Source: a virus
Strand: one strand, 5' to 3'
IMG/VR virus record: IMGVR_UViG_3300025030_000010
Span: 11,382-75,381 of that record
DNA length: 64,000 nucleotides
The position numbers were made by a program, and so were the translations under genes. Below are positions 1-11,245 of this stretch, piece after piece; position 1 is the first letter of the stretch; every line of letters starts with the position of its first letter. Under the pieces are notes generated by a model that saw only the letters and a list, made by a program, of their open reading frames with translations, did no database searches and was not told the DNA's origin.

Positions 1-715
1 CACCACATTGCCGGCACCTCCGGTAGTTGCAGCCGCTGGTAACTCCGTGACGTTCACGGGACAGAAGTGCGTCAACGGCACAAACATCAACAGCTTCTGG
101 TTTCAGAAGCAGCTCGCGTCGAATATGTTCTTCGCTTATCCGGGTTCCGTCTGCACGGGCGGCGGTATCTCCGCATCCCTGGGTGGCTTCTTCTCGGGTG
201 ATCTTTCGTTCTTGTGCAAAGATCAGGTCAAAGCTATCGTTGACGGTTCGACAGGCGCACAGATTGCCGCAGGAACAGGGACCGTTATCGATACTGTCAA
301 CGGTTTCGGTACGATCTATCGCGGCGCAGCGCCTCTCGACGGCATTTTGCAAAAGATCGACCTGAAGTGGCAGCAGCAGGGCGCTCGCCAGCAGTACGGC
401 ATGGGCTCCACAGCCGCAGCAGGTTTCGGCAAAGGGCTTCTCGAAGTCTCCGGCACGATGGAAGTCTACTTCAAGACTTTCGCGCTCTATGACGAATTCA
501 TCGCAGAGACAGGCGCGATGATCAGCTTCAGGGCAACGGACCTCACTGGTGCTGGCTACATCTTCACCATGGGTAACGCAACAATCATGAACCCGACCAT
601 CGTTGCAGGCGGACCCAATCAGGATGTCATGGCGACATTTCAGATCGAAGCCAACCCGACTTCGGCAGCCAGCATCTTCGGCGGTCAGTCGTTCCAGATC
701 GACAAGGTCACCTAA
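1..715 (+). CDS. Major tail tube protein (5' end probably outside window)
   Basis: Open frame from window start; GLLEVSGTMEVYF and PNQDVMATFQIEA resemble tail-tube motifs; directly upstream of chaperones and tape measure. Confidence 0.8.
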   Translation, partial: TTLPAPPVVAAAGNSVTFTGQKCVNGTNINSFWFQKQLASNMFFAYPGSVCTGGGISASLGGFFSGDLSFLCKDQVKAIVDGSTGAQIAAGTGTVIDTVNGFGTIYRGAAPLDGILQKIDLKWQQQGARQQYGMGSTAAAGFGKGLLEVSGTMEVYFKTFALYDEFIAETGAMISFRATDLTGAGYIFTMGNATIMNPTIVAGGPNQDVMATFQIEANPTSAASIFGGQSFQIDKVT

Positions 716-731
716 TCATCGACAACAGTTT

Positions 732-801
732 GGGCGGAGCGATAACCCCTCCATCGTGTGAGTAAGGCATGTGCTGAGACTCTTCACCGCCCCTTTTTTT
801 T
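732..801 (+). terminator. Putative intrinsic terminator/structured spacer after tail tube
   Basis: GGGCGG (732-737) ... CCGCCC (787-792) followed by T9. Confidence 0.5.
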
Positions 802-845
802 AAGTGAGGGACAACAACTATAATGAATCAAGCGAGGGTACAACA

Positions 846-1301
846 ATGGCAAATCCTTTTCAGATGTTCAAAACCGATCCGACTATCGAAACCACAACCG
901 GCGTAATTCTCGACTACGGCGATTTCCGCTGCCGTGTAGCAAGAGCGGGTGGCGCTAACAAGCGTTACACGAAGCTGATCGAAGCTCGCATGAAGCCGCA
1001 TAGCCGTCTGCTTGCCGTTGGCAAGATGGACGACGATGTCGCAACTCGCATCCTGGTCGAAGTCTTCTCCGAGACGGTCATCCTCGATATGGATGTCCTC
1101 GACAAAGAGAAGAGTACCATCGAAGCGCCTGTCTACATCCCCGGCATTCTTTGCGAGGACGGCACGATCATCGAGGACAACTACAAGAACCGCGTTGAGT
1201 TCTTCTTGAAGCTCGAAGAAATGTTTCTCGACGTGAGGAAACAGGCCAACGACTTCACACAGTTTCTTGAAGCTGTGAAGGAAGACATCGTAAAAAACTA
1301 A
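846..1301 (+). CDS. Tail assembly chaperone (gpG-like)
   Basis: Between tube and TMP; VARAGGANKRY motif; ends in slippery A AAA AAC; start moved to ATG 846 after GAGGG. Confidence 0.8.
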   Translation: MANPFQMFKTDPTIETTTGVILDYGDFRCRVARAGGANKRYTKLIEARMKPHSRLLAVGKMDDDVATRILVEVFSETVILDMDVLDKEKSTIEAPVYIPGILCEDGTIIEDNYKNRVEFFLKLEEMFLDVRKQANDFTQFLEAVKEDIVKN

Positions 1302-1630
1302 CCGACTGCCTGAACTGGAACAACACTTGGGGAAGTCGCCTAAAAGGGCTACTTGAAATGGAGCAGAGCGGTGGGGAAACTCCTGCCGCTCTGCTTAATC
1401 GTCCAATACCGAGCGAAGACGCTCTTCCGTACTGGCAAGCATTTCAAACTCTGACAGGTTCAAGGCAGTGGACACAAGCAGGGCCGTTATCGATACCTTA
1501 TCCGACGGTAATAAATTGGCTCAACGAGAACTTTGTCTCTGAGCCAGATGATAGGGAGGATTATCTTCAGATCATTCAACAGCTAGATTCAGTTTATTTG
1601 GACATACAATACGCCAAACTTAAAAAATAG
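1292..1630 (+). CDS. Tail assembly chaperone gpGT C-terminal extension reached by -1 frameshift
   Basis: AAAAAAC at 1292-1298; -1 frame is open (KLTDCLNWNNTWGSRLKGLLEMEQ...) and continuous with ORF 1358-1630. Confidence 0.75.
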   Translation, partial: KKLTDCLNWNNTWGSRLKGLLEMEQSGGETPAALLNRPIPSEDALPYWQAFQTLTGSRQWTQAGPLSIPYPTVINWLNENFVSEPDDREDYLQIIQQLDSVYLDIQYAKLKK

Positions 1631-1638
1631 GTGACGCA

Positions 1639-4600
1639 ATGGGACAGGAAACATTCCTTAGAGTCGGAATCGACGGCAGTGCGGCGAAGTCCGGCGCTAG
1701 AGTCGTTACTCGTTCCATGGACGATATCTCCAATAGTGCGCAGACTGTGGGCAAGCATGTAGCCTATTTGCAGTCTGCGCTTACGCATTTGGCGGGTACC
1801 GCCGTGGGCGTATACGGCATCGCAACCGCACTTCAAGCAATTAAAGCAGCATCTCTGGGAGTGCTCGACTATCTGGGTAAGATAGAAACCGCAACTCTTG
1901 GCATCGCCGCTGCGTATCTAGTCAGTGGGCAGTATCAGGACACAATCACGAAGAAAGCGCTCTCCGCACAGACGGCGCTAAAGGCGGCGCAAAACGAATC
2001 CGCCGCTGTAATCGAGCAACTGAAGGTCGCCAACTTTCAGACCATCGCGACACTTGATCAGCTCATTTTCGCTTATCAAGTTACCCTGCCTGTCGCCATG
2101 TCTGCTGGCTTCAATAAGCAGCAGGTCATGGACTACACGCTTGCGATGGTACAAGCTGCGGGTGCTATCGGATTATCATTCGATCAGATAGCAGAAGAAA
2201 CGCGCTCCATGCTCACAGGCAACATCACTCGAAACTCTCGTATCGCTCAGGTTCTTGGTCTGAGAAACGAAGACGTTACGGCGCTGAAGGGCAATGCAAC
2301 AGGTCTTTTCGACATGCTCATGGGTCGTCTGTCTGGCTTCAGAGTAGCGGGCATCGAGGCACAGAAAACATGGGCGGGTCTGCTCTCGAACACAAAAGAT
2401 ATTGCTTTGCAGTTATCGGGCAAAGCTTTCGAACCTGTTTTCGATGCAGTTAAGCAAAAGCTCGTGGAAATCCAGAAAGCCACTTTCACAATCGCGAAAG
2501 ACAGTAGTGGATTACAGTCGATCAAATTCAGTGACGAGTTCATAAAGGGCGCGAAAGAGGCAGCAGAGTTTTTGAAAGCTTTCGCAAACGGTTTGATATC
2601 GAGTGCAACTTTCATCTACGATCATGCTGGCGCTATAAAGGCGCTCGTGGAAATCTACATCGGGTTCAGACTTACGGTTTACGCTGCAACGTTAGCACAA
2701 AAAGCGTCAAACATCGTCTCTCTCGAAGGCATGGCGATTGAAAATAGTCGCCGCGCTCTTGCTGTCCAAGATTTAGGCATCGCAGCACAGGCAGCAAAAG
2801 CAGAGGCAACAAAAACTGCCGCTGCTGTCGCATATCAGCAAGCGAGAGTGGCAGAAAACGCAGCAGAGAGAGCGGGTATAGTTCTGGAGCTTCAGTCTGC
2901 ATCCAGTACCGAAGCTGCCGCCACCGCAAGTTATGCCAAAGTATCGGCAAAGCTCGCAGAGGCTGCGGCTGAAGTTGCTTCTCTCACAGCGGTTCGTGGC
3001 TCACTCGAAGCAGAGAGAGCGCTGATCGTAGCTAAGATGGCGTCCAATGATGCAACGGCGATCGGTCTAGCTAATCAGCAGGCTAGTATCGTTGCAAAAC
3101 AGGCGACTCGTGCTGCAACAATCGCAGAGACTCAGCAGCTAATCACGCAGAAACAGGCTATCATTGCAAAATGGGAGTCCGAGTTGTTTTTCGAGGGGCG
3201 CAGTCTCACTCAGTCCTCCGGGCTTAATCTTGTGAAGCAGCAAGAGGTGAATCTCCGTCGCTCTCTTACCACTCACGTCAACAATGCGGCGAAAGCGGAA
3301 CTGGCATTAGTTGCGATCAACGAGCAGTCCATAGCAGCGGGACTCGCCAAGAAAGCACTGATCAATCAGCTCGTGCCTCTCGCGGTACAACAGAACGGGC
3401 TTGAGCAACAGCTAAAGATAGCGGTAATAGAGCACTCTACTGCCGAACGTATCGCTGGGTCTGCGATAACTGAAAGAGGACTCGCAGCCAAGAAGCTTGT
3501 TGTCGCTGAAGCAGCACAACTCGCAATCGAAGCGAATCTAGCTAAGGCAACAGCGGCAAATGCGCTGGCTCAAGGTGCGTCTACGGTCGCAACTGATCTT
3601 CACACGGCAGCTATTGCAGCTCAAACAATCGGCGCTCGTCTCGCAACAGGCGCAGTGACCATGCTCAAGTCCGCAATGATGTATCTGGGTGGACCGATAG
3701 GCACGATCATCACTCTGCTCGGCATCGCAGCCACAGCATGGTTCACATTCGGCAAGAGCGCAAGAGACGCAAACGCCGAAGCTCTCGAAGGCGCAGACGA
3801 TGTGCTGTCAAATCTTCGCAAGCAGAATAAAGAGCTGCTTGAGCGCAAGCGTATCCAGAGAGCAGCGGGCGCAGACTGGAAAGATGGCAAGCTCAACGAA
3901 GGTGTATTTACTGACAAAGAGCTTGCCGATCTGAAGCGTAAAGAGGAAATGAAACGCGATCTCGAAGCGAAACTGGCGAAGATGCCTAACTTCGAGATGA
4001 AGAAAGTGGTTGACACTAGAGGCGGCGCCACCGCTCAAGATTCTTCTACCGCTCTGAAGATGCAAATCTCTTCAGTCACTCGTGACATCGAGGAGCTGAG
4101 ACGGCTCAAGAAGCAGAACGTGGAGATGGAGAAAGAGACAGAGTACAAGTCGAACGATCCTAAAGACAAGCAGGATTCTCTTTCTGCCAGTAGGAAGTAT
4201 TACGATGCGCTTTACGCTCTGCAAAGAGCGAACGCAGATAAAGCGATTGCAGGATATAAGGAACTCGCAGCACGCAACAGATCGATTCTCGAAGACAACC
4301 ACGAGCAGGCACTTGTGGCTACGACCGAGTATCACAAGAAGAAGATGAACATCGAAAAGGGGATGATTCAGGAAGAGAGAAACGCAAACACCGCGTTGCT
4401 CAACTTCTTGAAGAACTCAGCTCCCGAGGCGATCAGCGCCAAGGACGACCCGACAGGGACAAAGTCTGCGGCAATGGCGCTTGAGCACAAAACTAAGATC
4501 ATCGTTGCTGAGACAAAAGCTATCGAGTTGGAAAAGCAGTACAATAACGTCACGATTGACGGCAACATTGCAATAGGTAAATCCAATCGTGACTTGATGG

Positions 4601-7557
4601 CGCAGCAAGAAGAACTGAACGCTCAGGCGCTCGAAGCAAGTGGCAACACACTCGGCGCTGGTCTTGCAACACTCAACAATCAAGCGGCGCGTCTTGAAAT
4701 GGCAAAAGCGGAAATCGAAGTGACTGCCGCTGCCGCCGCTCATGACGATCTGAGACTGCGCAGAGCACAGAAGACCGTTACCCTGCTTCAGCAAACGAAG
4801 CAACTCAAGCAAGATCAACTCATGCTTGACGAACAGACTCGCCAGCTTGAGCCTCAAATGGCTTTGCTGAACGAGCAAGGCAATCTGCTGGCGGCTGTTG
4901 AGCTGAATCAAGCTCTTGAAAAACAGAGCGCGGCATACAAGGACTTGGCAGCAAAGGGCGGCATGGCTTTTCAGGCAAAGCAAAAGCTGATGGAGCTTGA
5001 CCGCATCAAAGCACGTCAAGACGAAGAAAACACTCTGGCTGAAATCAAGAACAAGAACAGAGTGGACGAAGCCGATCTTAAAGCTGCTCAGGCAGGCAAT
5101 ACGAAAGGTTTCGGTTTCGGTGCAATAAACGCACAAGCAGAGGCAGAGAAAGTCGCGATATCTGCCAAGTATGAACTGGAAAGAAAAGCGATCACCGATA
5201 AGATCGAGCTGCTGCAAACTGGCTCCAGTGTCGAGATTGATCTTGTTGGCTCACTTATGAATGCGCAACTCACGGCACTCGATACAGTTCATCAAGCGAC
5301 AATGGCAGCAATCGCAGCAGAGAACGAGGCGAGGTACTTCAATCAACCCAAACTGCTCGAAGAGTCTCAAGCGGCTTCGATTGCAGCAGAAGCGAAGTAT
5401 CAAGCTAAAATGGCCGATTTGTCTAAGTCGGCAAATAACAAACTTGCTGCTGAGAAGATAAACACAAATAAGAACTCAGGCGCAGTGATTGCAGCTCTTC
5501 AGCAGTCGCTTACTAACTTACTGGGCAAACAGCAGCAGGAAACGCTCACCACAGAGCAGAAAGCAACAAGATCGAAGATGTCTATGGTCGCCGCTTACGG
5601 AGACGCGGCAGGGTCTATTTTCACCGCCCTGGCAGACACTCAAGATCAATCGAGTAGAAAAGGCTTCGAGAGTGCAAAGCAATACAACTTGGCCGCCGCT
5701 GTAATGAGTACCGCTGCTGCGATCATGAACGCTTTTGCATCTCTTCCTTGGCCCGCTGCTCCTATAGCAGCCGCACTCGCAGCCGCAACGGGTGTTGTTC
5801 AGATTGCGAAGATTGCATCCACAACCTTCGGTGGCGGTGGAAGTGTATCTACCCCGTCTACTGGAAGTTTCGGCGGAGGTGGAGCATCTGGCATAGGCAC
5901 GACCGCATCTTCAATAGGCGGTCAGGTCAAATCGGCAAACGACACGTTGACGGAAGATAGTCTTCGTGCTCTCGCAAAAGCTTCGGACAATGCGAGTCTT
6001 GCGATTAGTAAAGTCGCAGACGGACTCACTTCGATTGCCGATCTGTTCAAAACTGGATACTCGCAGAACATCGCAAAAGGTCTGACAACTCCTGAAGGTC
6101 AAGTTGCAAAGGGTGTATTCAGTCAGACTTGGACCGACATGAAAGACAACTTCGGTACCGCGATAATCGACAATCTGATGGGCGGAATGACAGCCGCAGT
6201 AGGAGTCGGAGCGTCTCTCATTCGTCACGCTTTCGGAATCGGCAACAAGTGGCAATCTGTCGATTCTGGTATCACTCTCGGACTCAAGAATGGGGAAGTC
6301 GAGGGGCAGGCGTATGAAGATCGTAAGAAATCGGGCGGCTGGTTCGGTAAGAACAAGAGTCGCACTGTAACTTCTGAACTTGGCTCCGGCTTCAACGGTG
6401 TACTTGACGATTTTCTCGGTGAAATCAAACACTCAATCTCTCTAGCTGCTGTAGCTATGGGAGCAAAAACGAACTTCGCACAAGCGCAGCTCGGAACGGT
6501 TAGAATATCGACCGCTGGCAAATCCCCTGAGGATATCCAGAAAGAGATGGAAGCATTCTATCGTAACGCAGCTAACGAACTTGCAAAGACCACTGAAGGT
6601 CTGCAAGAGTTCACCTTCTACGGTGAAGATGCGTTCGACTCGATCATTCGTCTTTCCACATCGCTGCAAGGTGTGAATGCAATGTTCGAGCTTACTGGTC
6701 ACACGTTAATCGAAGCCTCGTTCAAAGGCGCAGATGCCGCGTACCGTCTCGCAGATGCTTTCGGCGGACTCGAAGAGATGGAAGACAGAGTCAATGACTA
6801 CTTCACTTCCATGTTCACCGAGTCCGAGCAGAAAGCAATGAAAGCTGCGACAGCTTCTCGACAAGTCAACACAGCGTTTTCTGAAATGGGCATTTCGGTT
6901 CCCAAAACAAACAGAGAGTTCATAACTCTGGTCGACAGTTTGGATGTGACAACGGAAAGAGGAGCTTCGCTTTACGTTGCACTAATGAACATCGCACCCG
7001 CTTTTGCAACAGTTACAGAAGCGGCAACAGAAGCAGCAGAGAAGTTATCGACAGCGTTTATAGACAATGCGCTGGCTGCGGCAAATAAGCTCAAGGACAT
7101 CATGGGCGGGGCTTTATCGACTCTGACTCCGAAAGAACAGCTTATGCAGCAGCAAGCAGCGTTTGCCTCCGCTCTAGCATCGGGTAACACCGCGGGTGCA
7201 ATCGACATATCGACCGCGTTGCTCGAAGCGTCTCGTGTCATGTATGGTTCCGGAACAGGGTATCAGCAGGATTACGAGAACGTAACAAGAGCACTAGCTT
7301 CAATCGCAGGCATGGACGGTCAGCTTTCCATGGACGCAGTTGAACGACAGATCAAAAGTATCAACGACACGAAAGACGCAATCGAAGCAGGTACCGTTGA
7401 AATGGTGAAATCGATTGCCGAGCTGAAAGCTGCCATTGTGGAGATGCAAAGACAGCAAGCAGTCAACACCGCTACTATCGCAGGAGCAACTGCGGCCGGA
7501 GCGGATACTGTTGCAGATGCGGTAACAGGAACATTATCAGCACAAGCGAGGGCATAA
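1639..7557 (+). CDS. Tape measure protein (1972 aa)
   Basis: Very long Ala/Gln/Lys-rich helical protein after the chaperones; KKSGGWFGK motif. Confidence 0.92.
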   Translation: MGQETFLRVGIDGSAAKSGARVVTRSMDDISNSAQTVGKHVAYLQSALTHLAGTAVGVYGIATALQAIKAASLGVLDYLGKIETATLGIAAAYLVSGQYQDTITKKALSAQTALKAAQNESAAVIEQLKVANFQTIATLDQLIFAYQVTLPVAMSAGFNKQQVMDYTLAMVQAAGAIGLSFDQIAEETRSMLTGNITRNSRIAQVLGLRNEDVTALKGNATGLFDMLMGRLSGFRVAGIEAQKTWAGLLSNTKDIALQLSGKAFEPVFDAVKQKLVEIQKATFTIAKDSSGLQSIKFSDEFIKGAKEAAEFLKAFANGLISSATFIYDHAGAIKALVEIYIGFRLTVYAATLAQKASNIVSLEGMAIENSRRALAVQDLGIAAQAAKAEATKTAAAVAYQQARVAENAAERAGIVLELQSASSTEAAATASYAKVSAKLAEAAAEVASLTAVRGSLEAERALIVAKMASNDATAIGLANQQASIVAKQATRAATIAETQQLITQKQAIIAKWESELFFEGRSLTQSSGLNLVKQQEVNLRRSLTTHVNNAAKAELALVAINEQSIAAGLAKKALINQLVPLAVQQNGLEQQLKIAVIEHSTAERIAGSAITERGLAAKKLVVAEAAQLAIEANLAKATAANALAQGASTVATDLHTAAIAAQTIGARLATGAVTMLKSAMMYLGGPIGTIITLLGIAATAWFTFGKSARDANAEALEGADDVLSNLRKQNKELLERKRIQRAAGADWKDGKLNEGVFTDKELADLKRKEEMKRDLEAKLAKMPNFEMKKVVDTRGGATAQDSSTALKMQISSVTRDIEELRRLKKQNVEMEKETEYKSNDPKDKQDSLSASRKYYDALYALQRANADKAIAGYKELAARNRSILEDNHEQALVATTEYHKKKMNIEKGMIQEERNANTALLNFLKNSAPEAISAKDDPTGTKSAAMALEHKTKIIVAETKAIELEKQYNNVTIDGNIAIGKSNRDLMAQQEELNAQALEASGNTLGAGLATLNNQAARLEMAKAEIEVTAAAAAHDDLRLRRAQKTVTLLQQTKQLKQDQLMLDEQTRQLEPQMALLNEQGNLLAAVELNQALEKQSAAYKDLAAKGGMAFQAKQKLMELDRIKARQDEENTLAEIKNKNRVDEADLKAAQAGNTKGFGFGAINAQAEAEKVAISAKYELERKAITDKIELLQTGSSVEIDLVGSLMNAQLTALDTVHQATMAAIAAENEARYFNQPKLLEESQAASIAAEAKYQAKMADLSKSANNKLAAEKINTNKNSGAVIAALQQSLTNLLGKQQQETLTTEQKATRSKMSMVAAYGDAAGSIFTALADTQDQSSRKGFESAKQYNLAAAVMSTAAAIMNAFASLPWPAAPIAAALAAATGVVQIAKIASTTFGGGGSVSTPSTGSFGGGGASGIGTTASSIGGQVKSANDTLTEDSLRALAKASDNASLAISKVADGLTSIADLFKTGYSQNIAKGLTTPEGQVAKGVFSQTWTDMKDNFGTAIIDNLMGGMTAAVGVGASLIRHAFGIGNKWQSVDSGITLGLKNGEVEGQAYEDRKKSGGWFGKNKSRTVTSELGSGFNGVLDDFLGEIKHSISLAAVAMGAKTNFAQAQLGTVRISTAGKSPEDIQKEMEAFYRNAANELAKTTEGLQEFTFYGEDAFDSIIRLSTSLQGVNAMFELTGHTLIEASFKGADAAYRLADAFGGLEEMEDRVNDYFTSMFTESEQKAMKAATASRQVNTAFSEMGISVPKTNREFITLVDSLDVTTERGASLYVALMNIAPAFATVTEAATEAAEKLSTAFIDNALAAANKLKDIMGGALSTLTPKEQLMQQQAAFASALASGNTAGAIDISTALLEASRVMYGSGTGYQQDYENVTRALASIAGMDGQLSMDAVERQIKSINDTKDAIEAGTVEMVKSIAELKAAIVEMQRQQAVNTATIAGATAAGADTVADAVTGTLSAQARA

Positions 7558-7558
7558 A

Positions 7559-10381
7559 ATGATAACAGACGCTCAATACATCGAGTGGCTGAGAAAGGAG
7601 AATACACAGAGGGCGTTGCTGATCGAGGCCAAATACTTCGATTCAGCAACGCCCGAAGGTGTTAATCCGGAACTCACCTTCGACAGAAACAGTACCGCTT
7701 ACAAGATCGACGGCTCTATCGTTGTCGCTGGTGCGCCTCGCTATGAGAATGGAAAATTCAACGAGTGTGTCTTTCTTGAAGAGACGACCGTAAACAAGAT
7801 AATCACCCCGAACAATTGGAACTTAGTAGGTGGGGCAACAAAAGTAACTGACCAACTGGCCCCCAATGGATTACTTGAAGCTACCCATGTGACCAATACA
7901 GCAAACGTGTCTTCTTACGTGGACACTCCGAGTGGTGTATTTGCTAATTCAGGCACATTCACTCGGAGCGTTTATGCCAAGTTGATATCTGGCACTGGCA
8001 CACTCACGCTTATCTATAACACTGGCGCTGGTTCAGACTATGCCACGTTTGATCTTTCGACAGGTGTAGTCACTCATGCACCCGCTATCGGTACGCCTAG
8101 CTCTTCGATGGTTCATGTTGGAGATGGATGGTACAGGTGCATGGTTACGTGGACCAATGCCGCTTCCGGCGCAACGCCTGCCTCAGCAACTTACATATCT
8201 GGTTACGGAGCAACTCCTATCGTATCCACTATCGCTTTGTGGAGACCGCAGACAGAGCAAAAGAATTTTGCGAGCACGTATCACCCGACAACTCGCAACT
8301 TAGAAACGATGCTCTTGCCCTCAGCGAATATCAACACGGCAGAGGGGTCGATGGAGATGTGGGTAAAGGCTCCTACGATAACAGCAACAAGTTTTAGATA
8401 TCTCGTCCACAGAGATTTGTTAGGTTTGAACGATAGCCTCACCTTCGGAGTGTATACTGTAAACTCCGTATCCAACTGGTTTATATGGTCTGGCTACGGT
8501 GCGGGTTTCAACTCAAGTTATTTGGTGGCTCTTACTTCAAGTGAGTGGACTCACATTGCTGTGACTTGGAAAGATAAGACTCGCATGTATATCAACGGCG
8601 TTCTGAAATGGACGAGTGCAAATGCACCCGCGTTACAGTTTCCGACAAACATTCCGATAGGACTCAATCTCAACGCATACATCGACAACTTTAGAGTTTC
8701 GAATGTTATGAGAACACCCGCGGAGATTTATCAAGCGGCTCAGGGTGGAGCTGCAATGAAATGGGATAGCGACACTATCGCGCTGTTTGATTTCGATGTG
8801 GCTCAAGAGAGAACGAAATATCTTTCGACTGTGCCTTATTCGTCAAACCCGACAGATTCTCCTGCGAATCAACCCTACGACGATTGTGTAGTAGGTAGAC
8901 CCGCTGTTTCTTGCGCTTTGTCAGACACGCTCGAAGGATTTACAATGCCGAGTTGGGGTGATGTTCTACTGGACAACTCTCTGTTTGACAAAGATTCTTG
9001 GTTAGATTATGGATGGTCTGGAAGAACTATCAAGTTTCTTTTCGGCGACCCGTCTTGGCCTTTGTCTGACTTTCGATCAATCATGACAGGTACAATTTCA
9101 GGAGCGCCTACTGCACCTTCATCGAATCAGATCAAGATTGCAGTTAAAGACAAGCAGTGGGAGCTAAACAAGCCCGTTCAGAATCGACTCGTAGGCGAAC
9201 CTACGCTACTTGCTGGAAATACATATAAGATAGGAGAGTCACCGGAAGATATAGTGAGTGTCGATGCTGTATGGGATGGAGACGTACTACTCAATCCAGC
9301 TACAGATTACAGTGTCAATCTTCTCACGACTCCGCCTGTTGTGGCTCTCGAATCACCTGCCGTCGGATTCGTTTCAATAGAATTCACGAGCAAAGTGGCA
9401 GCCACGGGACAAGTAATTTGTCTCGGATACGGGGAGTGCTTCAATGTAACACCTAACGTTCTGTCTGTTCCGCTTTTGAAGTATCAAGTTCACGGCGGTC
9501 CGATTAAAGCGATAGTTGAAGTGAGAGACAGCGGAGTTCCTATTGCGCATGTGGATGATCTTGAGAACGGAACTTTCGAACTGCTCTCAAAGCCGACTGG
9601 AACTGTAACATGCGATTTCTTAGGCGCAACTTCAGATGGTGTGTTCATCGAGGGTGTGGCAAGAATCTTCAGATACATCGTGCTGAATCAGACTGACTTG
9701 ACGATAGACGATATCGATCACGACAGTCTTTCTAGGTTTCTCGCTCTCTGTCCTCAGCGAGTCGGAATTTTCATCAATGCTCGCAAGAATACTCTGGATG
9801 TTCTTGACGAGCTTATGAAGTCTCTCGGCGGCTTCTACACTCCGGACAGAAACGGCAAACTTATCTTCGGGAGAATCGATCCTCCTGAGACACAGACGCC
9901 AGCGTTCGATCTTACAGCCGACGATATCGTGTTCGGGACTCTGAAGATAGTCAAGCAGTCTGTGCCTGTGCAAACCGTAAGAGTTGCCTATCTGCACAAC
10001 TACACGCCGCAAGCTCAGACTCACGGAGCTGTATCGGACGAAGACAAAGCAATATACGCTCAAGAGTGGCGATACGCAAAGCGAAGTAATCCGAATGTAA
10101 AGATTGTGCATTTGCTCGCAGCGGAGCCAGACGCACGAAAGACGAATCTGATCGATAGAGTCGAGGCTTACGCTGAAGCTGATCGTCAACTCGCTCTGAA
10201 CGGAGTTGTCAGAACCACTTACTCTGCCGAATTCTTTACGTTGCCCTTGAGCTTAACAATGGGCACGTTAGTTCGACTTACACATCCGAGATACAAACTA
10301 TATCGGGGAAAGAATCTTTACATCGTAGGAATCAAAGAATCAGCAGCTAATCGCCGCGTGACGCTCACGCTCTGGGGATAG
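7559..10381 (+). CDS. Tail tip/hub protein with inserted carbohydrate-binding (LamG-like) region
   Basis: After TMP; WTHIAVTW...MYING...YIDNFRVSNVMR is LamG/concanavalin-like; C-terminal hub-like region. Confidence 0.65.
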   Translation: MITDAQYIEWLRKENTQRALLIEAKYFDSATPEGVNPELTFDRNSTAYKIDGSIVVAGAPRYENGKFNECVFLEETTVNKIITPNNWNLVGGATKVTDQLAPNGLLEATHVTNTANVSSYVDTPSGVFANSGTFTRSVYAKLISGTGTLTLIYNTGAGSDYATFDLSTGVVTHAPAIGTPSSSMVHVGDGWYRCMVTWTNAASGATPASATYISGYGATPIVSTIALWRPQTEQKNFASTYHPTTRNLETMLLPSANINTAEGSMEMWVKAPTITATSFRYLVHRDLLGLNDSLTFGVYTVNSVSNWFIWSGYGAGFNSSYLVALTSSEWTHIAVTWKDKTRMYINGVLKWTSANAPALQFPTNIPIGLNLNAYIDNFRVSNVMRTPAEIYQAAQGGAAMKWDSDTIALFDFDVAQERTKYLSTVPYSSNPTDSPANQPYDDCVVGRPAVSCALSDTLEGFTMPSWGDVLLDNSLFDKDSWLDYGWSGRTIKFLFGDPSWPLSDFRSIMTGTISGAPTAPSSNQIKIAVKDKQWELNKPVQNRLVGEPTLLAGNTYKIGESPEDIVSVDAVWDGDVLLNPATDYSVNLLTTPPVVALESPAVGFVSIEFTSKVAATGQVICLGYGECFNVTPNVLSVPLLKYQVHGGPIKAIVEVRDSGVPIAHVDDLENGTFELLSKPTGTVTCDFLGATSDGVFIEGVARIFRYIVLNQTDLTIDDIDHDSLSRFLALCPQRVGIFINARKNTLDVLDELMKSLGGFYTPDRNGKLIFGRIDPPETQTPAFDLTADDIVFGTLKIVKQSVPVQTVRVAYLHNYTPQAQTHGAVSDEDKAIYAQEWRYAKRSNPNVKIVHLLAAEPDARKTNLIDRVEAYAEADRQLALNGVVRTTYSAEFFTLPLSLTMGTLVRLTHPRYKLYRGKNLYIVGIKESAANRRVTLTLWG

Positions 10382-10386
10382 TCATT

Positions 10387-11244
10387 ATGCCGAACATGCG
10401 AATCATGCACATCAACGCACTGGATGCCGCTTTAAATCTGACTTCAGTGCCCGCTTGCGTAACTACTATGCCCATAGAGAATTTGAAGTATCCTGAGCGA
10501 GGTAAAGCGGCTCGTGTTGTCGGGGTCACTTCATGGACGATAACTGGCGAGGTCCTCGGGACATTGTCAGGCATGACTCTCGTGGGACACAATCTCACAG
10601 GCGGAGCAACGGTTCGTCTGTATCTCTATTCGAACGCAGCGGGCACAGTTCAGATTTACGACTCAACTGCACTTGCAATAGGCACGAGACAAGCGTGGGG
10701 TAATCCGGCGGGTTCTCCTAACGGTGGTTTAGCTTGGGGTGTTCTACCGTGGATGTCAACTGGGCAAATCCCAGGCACCCCAGAATACTTCTCCCACTGG
10801 TTCACTGCTATTGCAAATGCGGCGGCGTTCAAGATCGTCATTACTGACACTAACAATGCCGACGGTTACTTGCAGATCGGCAGAATTTATCTCGGAAACT
10901 ACTGGTCTCCGAGATTGAACGTTGGCAACGGTTTGTCGATGGAGTGGAGAGAATCATCCACAACAACAAGAACCGACGGTGGCAGTCTTCGCACTGAGGG
11001 TTACATGCCGTATCGTGCTTTCAGCTTCAGCTTAGACGGCATGATCGAATCGGACAGAGCTGAGTTTTCTGAGATAGTCAGAAGAGTAGGCAAACGAGTT
11101 GACTTTCTGATCAGCTTTTATCCGACATTGGGTGGCAATGCAGAGCGTGACTATCTCGCGGCAGTGAAATTTGTATCTCTGCCTAATATGAAAAGTCCTA
11201 TTTATTCTTGGACTGAGACTTCAGCAGAAATAGAGGAGATATAA
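10387..11244 (+). CDS. Minor tail protein (distal-tail-like)
   Basis: GHNLT...GYLQIGRIYLG motifs typical of siphophage minor tail proteins; operon position. Confidence 0.55.
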   Translation: MPNMRIMHINALDAALNLTSVPACVTTMPIENLKYPERGKAARVVGVTSWTITGEVLGTLSGMTLVGHNLTGGATVRLYLYSNAAGTVQIYDSTALAIGTRQAWGNPAGSPNGGLAWGVLPWMSTGQIPGTPEYFSHWFTAIANAAAFKIVITDTNNADGYLQIGRIYLGNYWSPRLNVGNGLSMEWRESSTTTRTDGGSLRTEGYMPYRAFSFSLDGMIESDRAEFSEIVRRVGKRVDFLISFYPTLGGNAERDYLAAVKFVSLPNMKSPIYSWTETSAEIEEI

Positions 11245-11245
11245 A

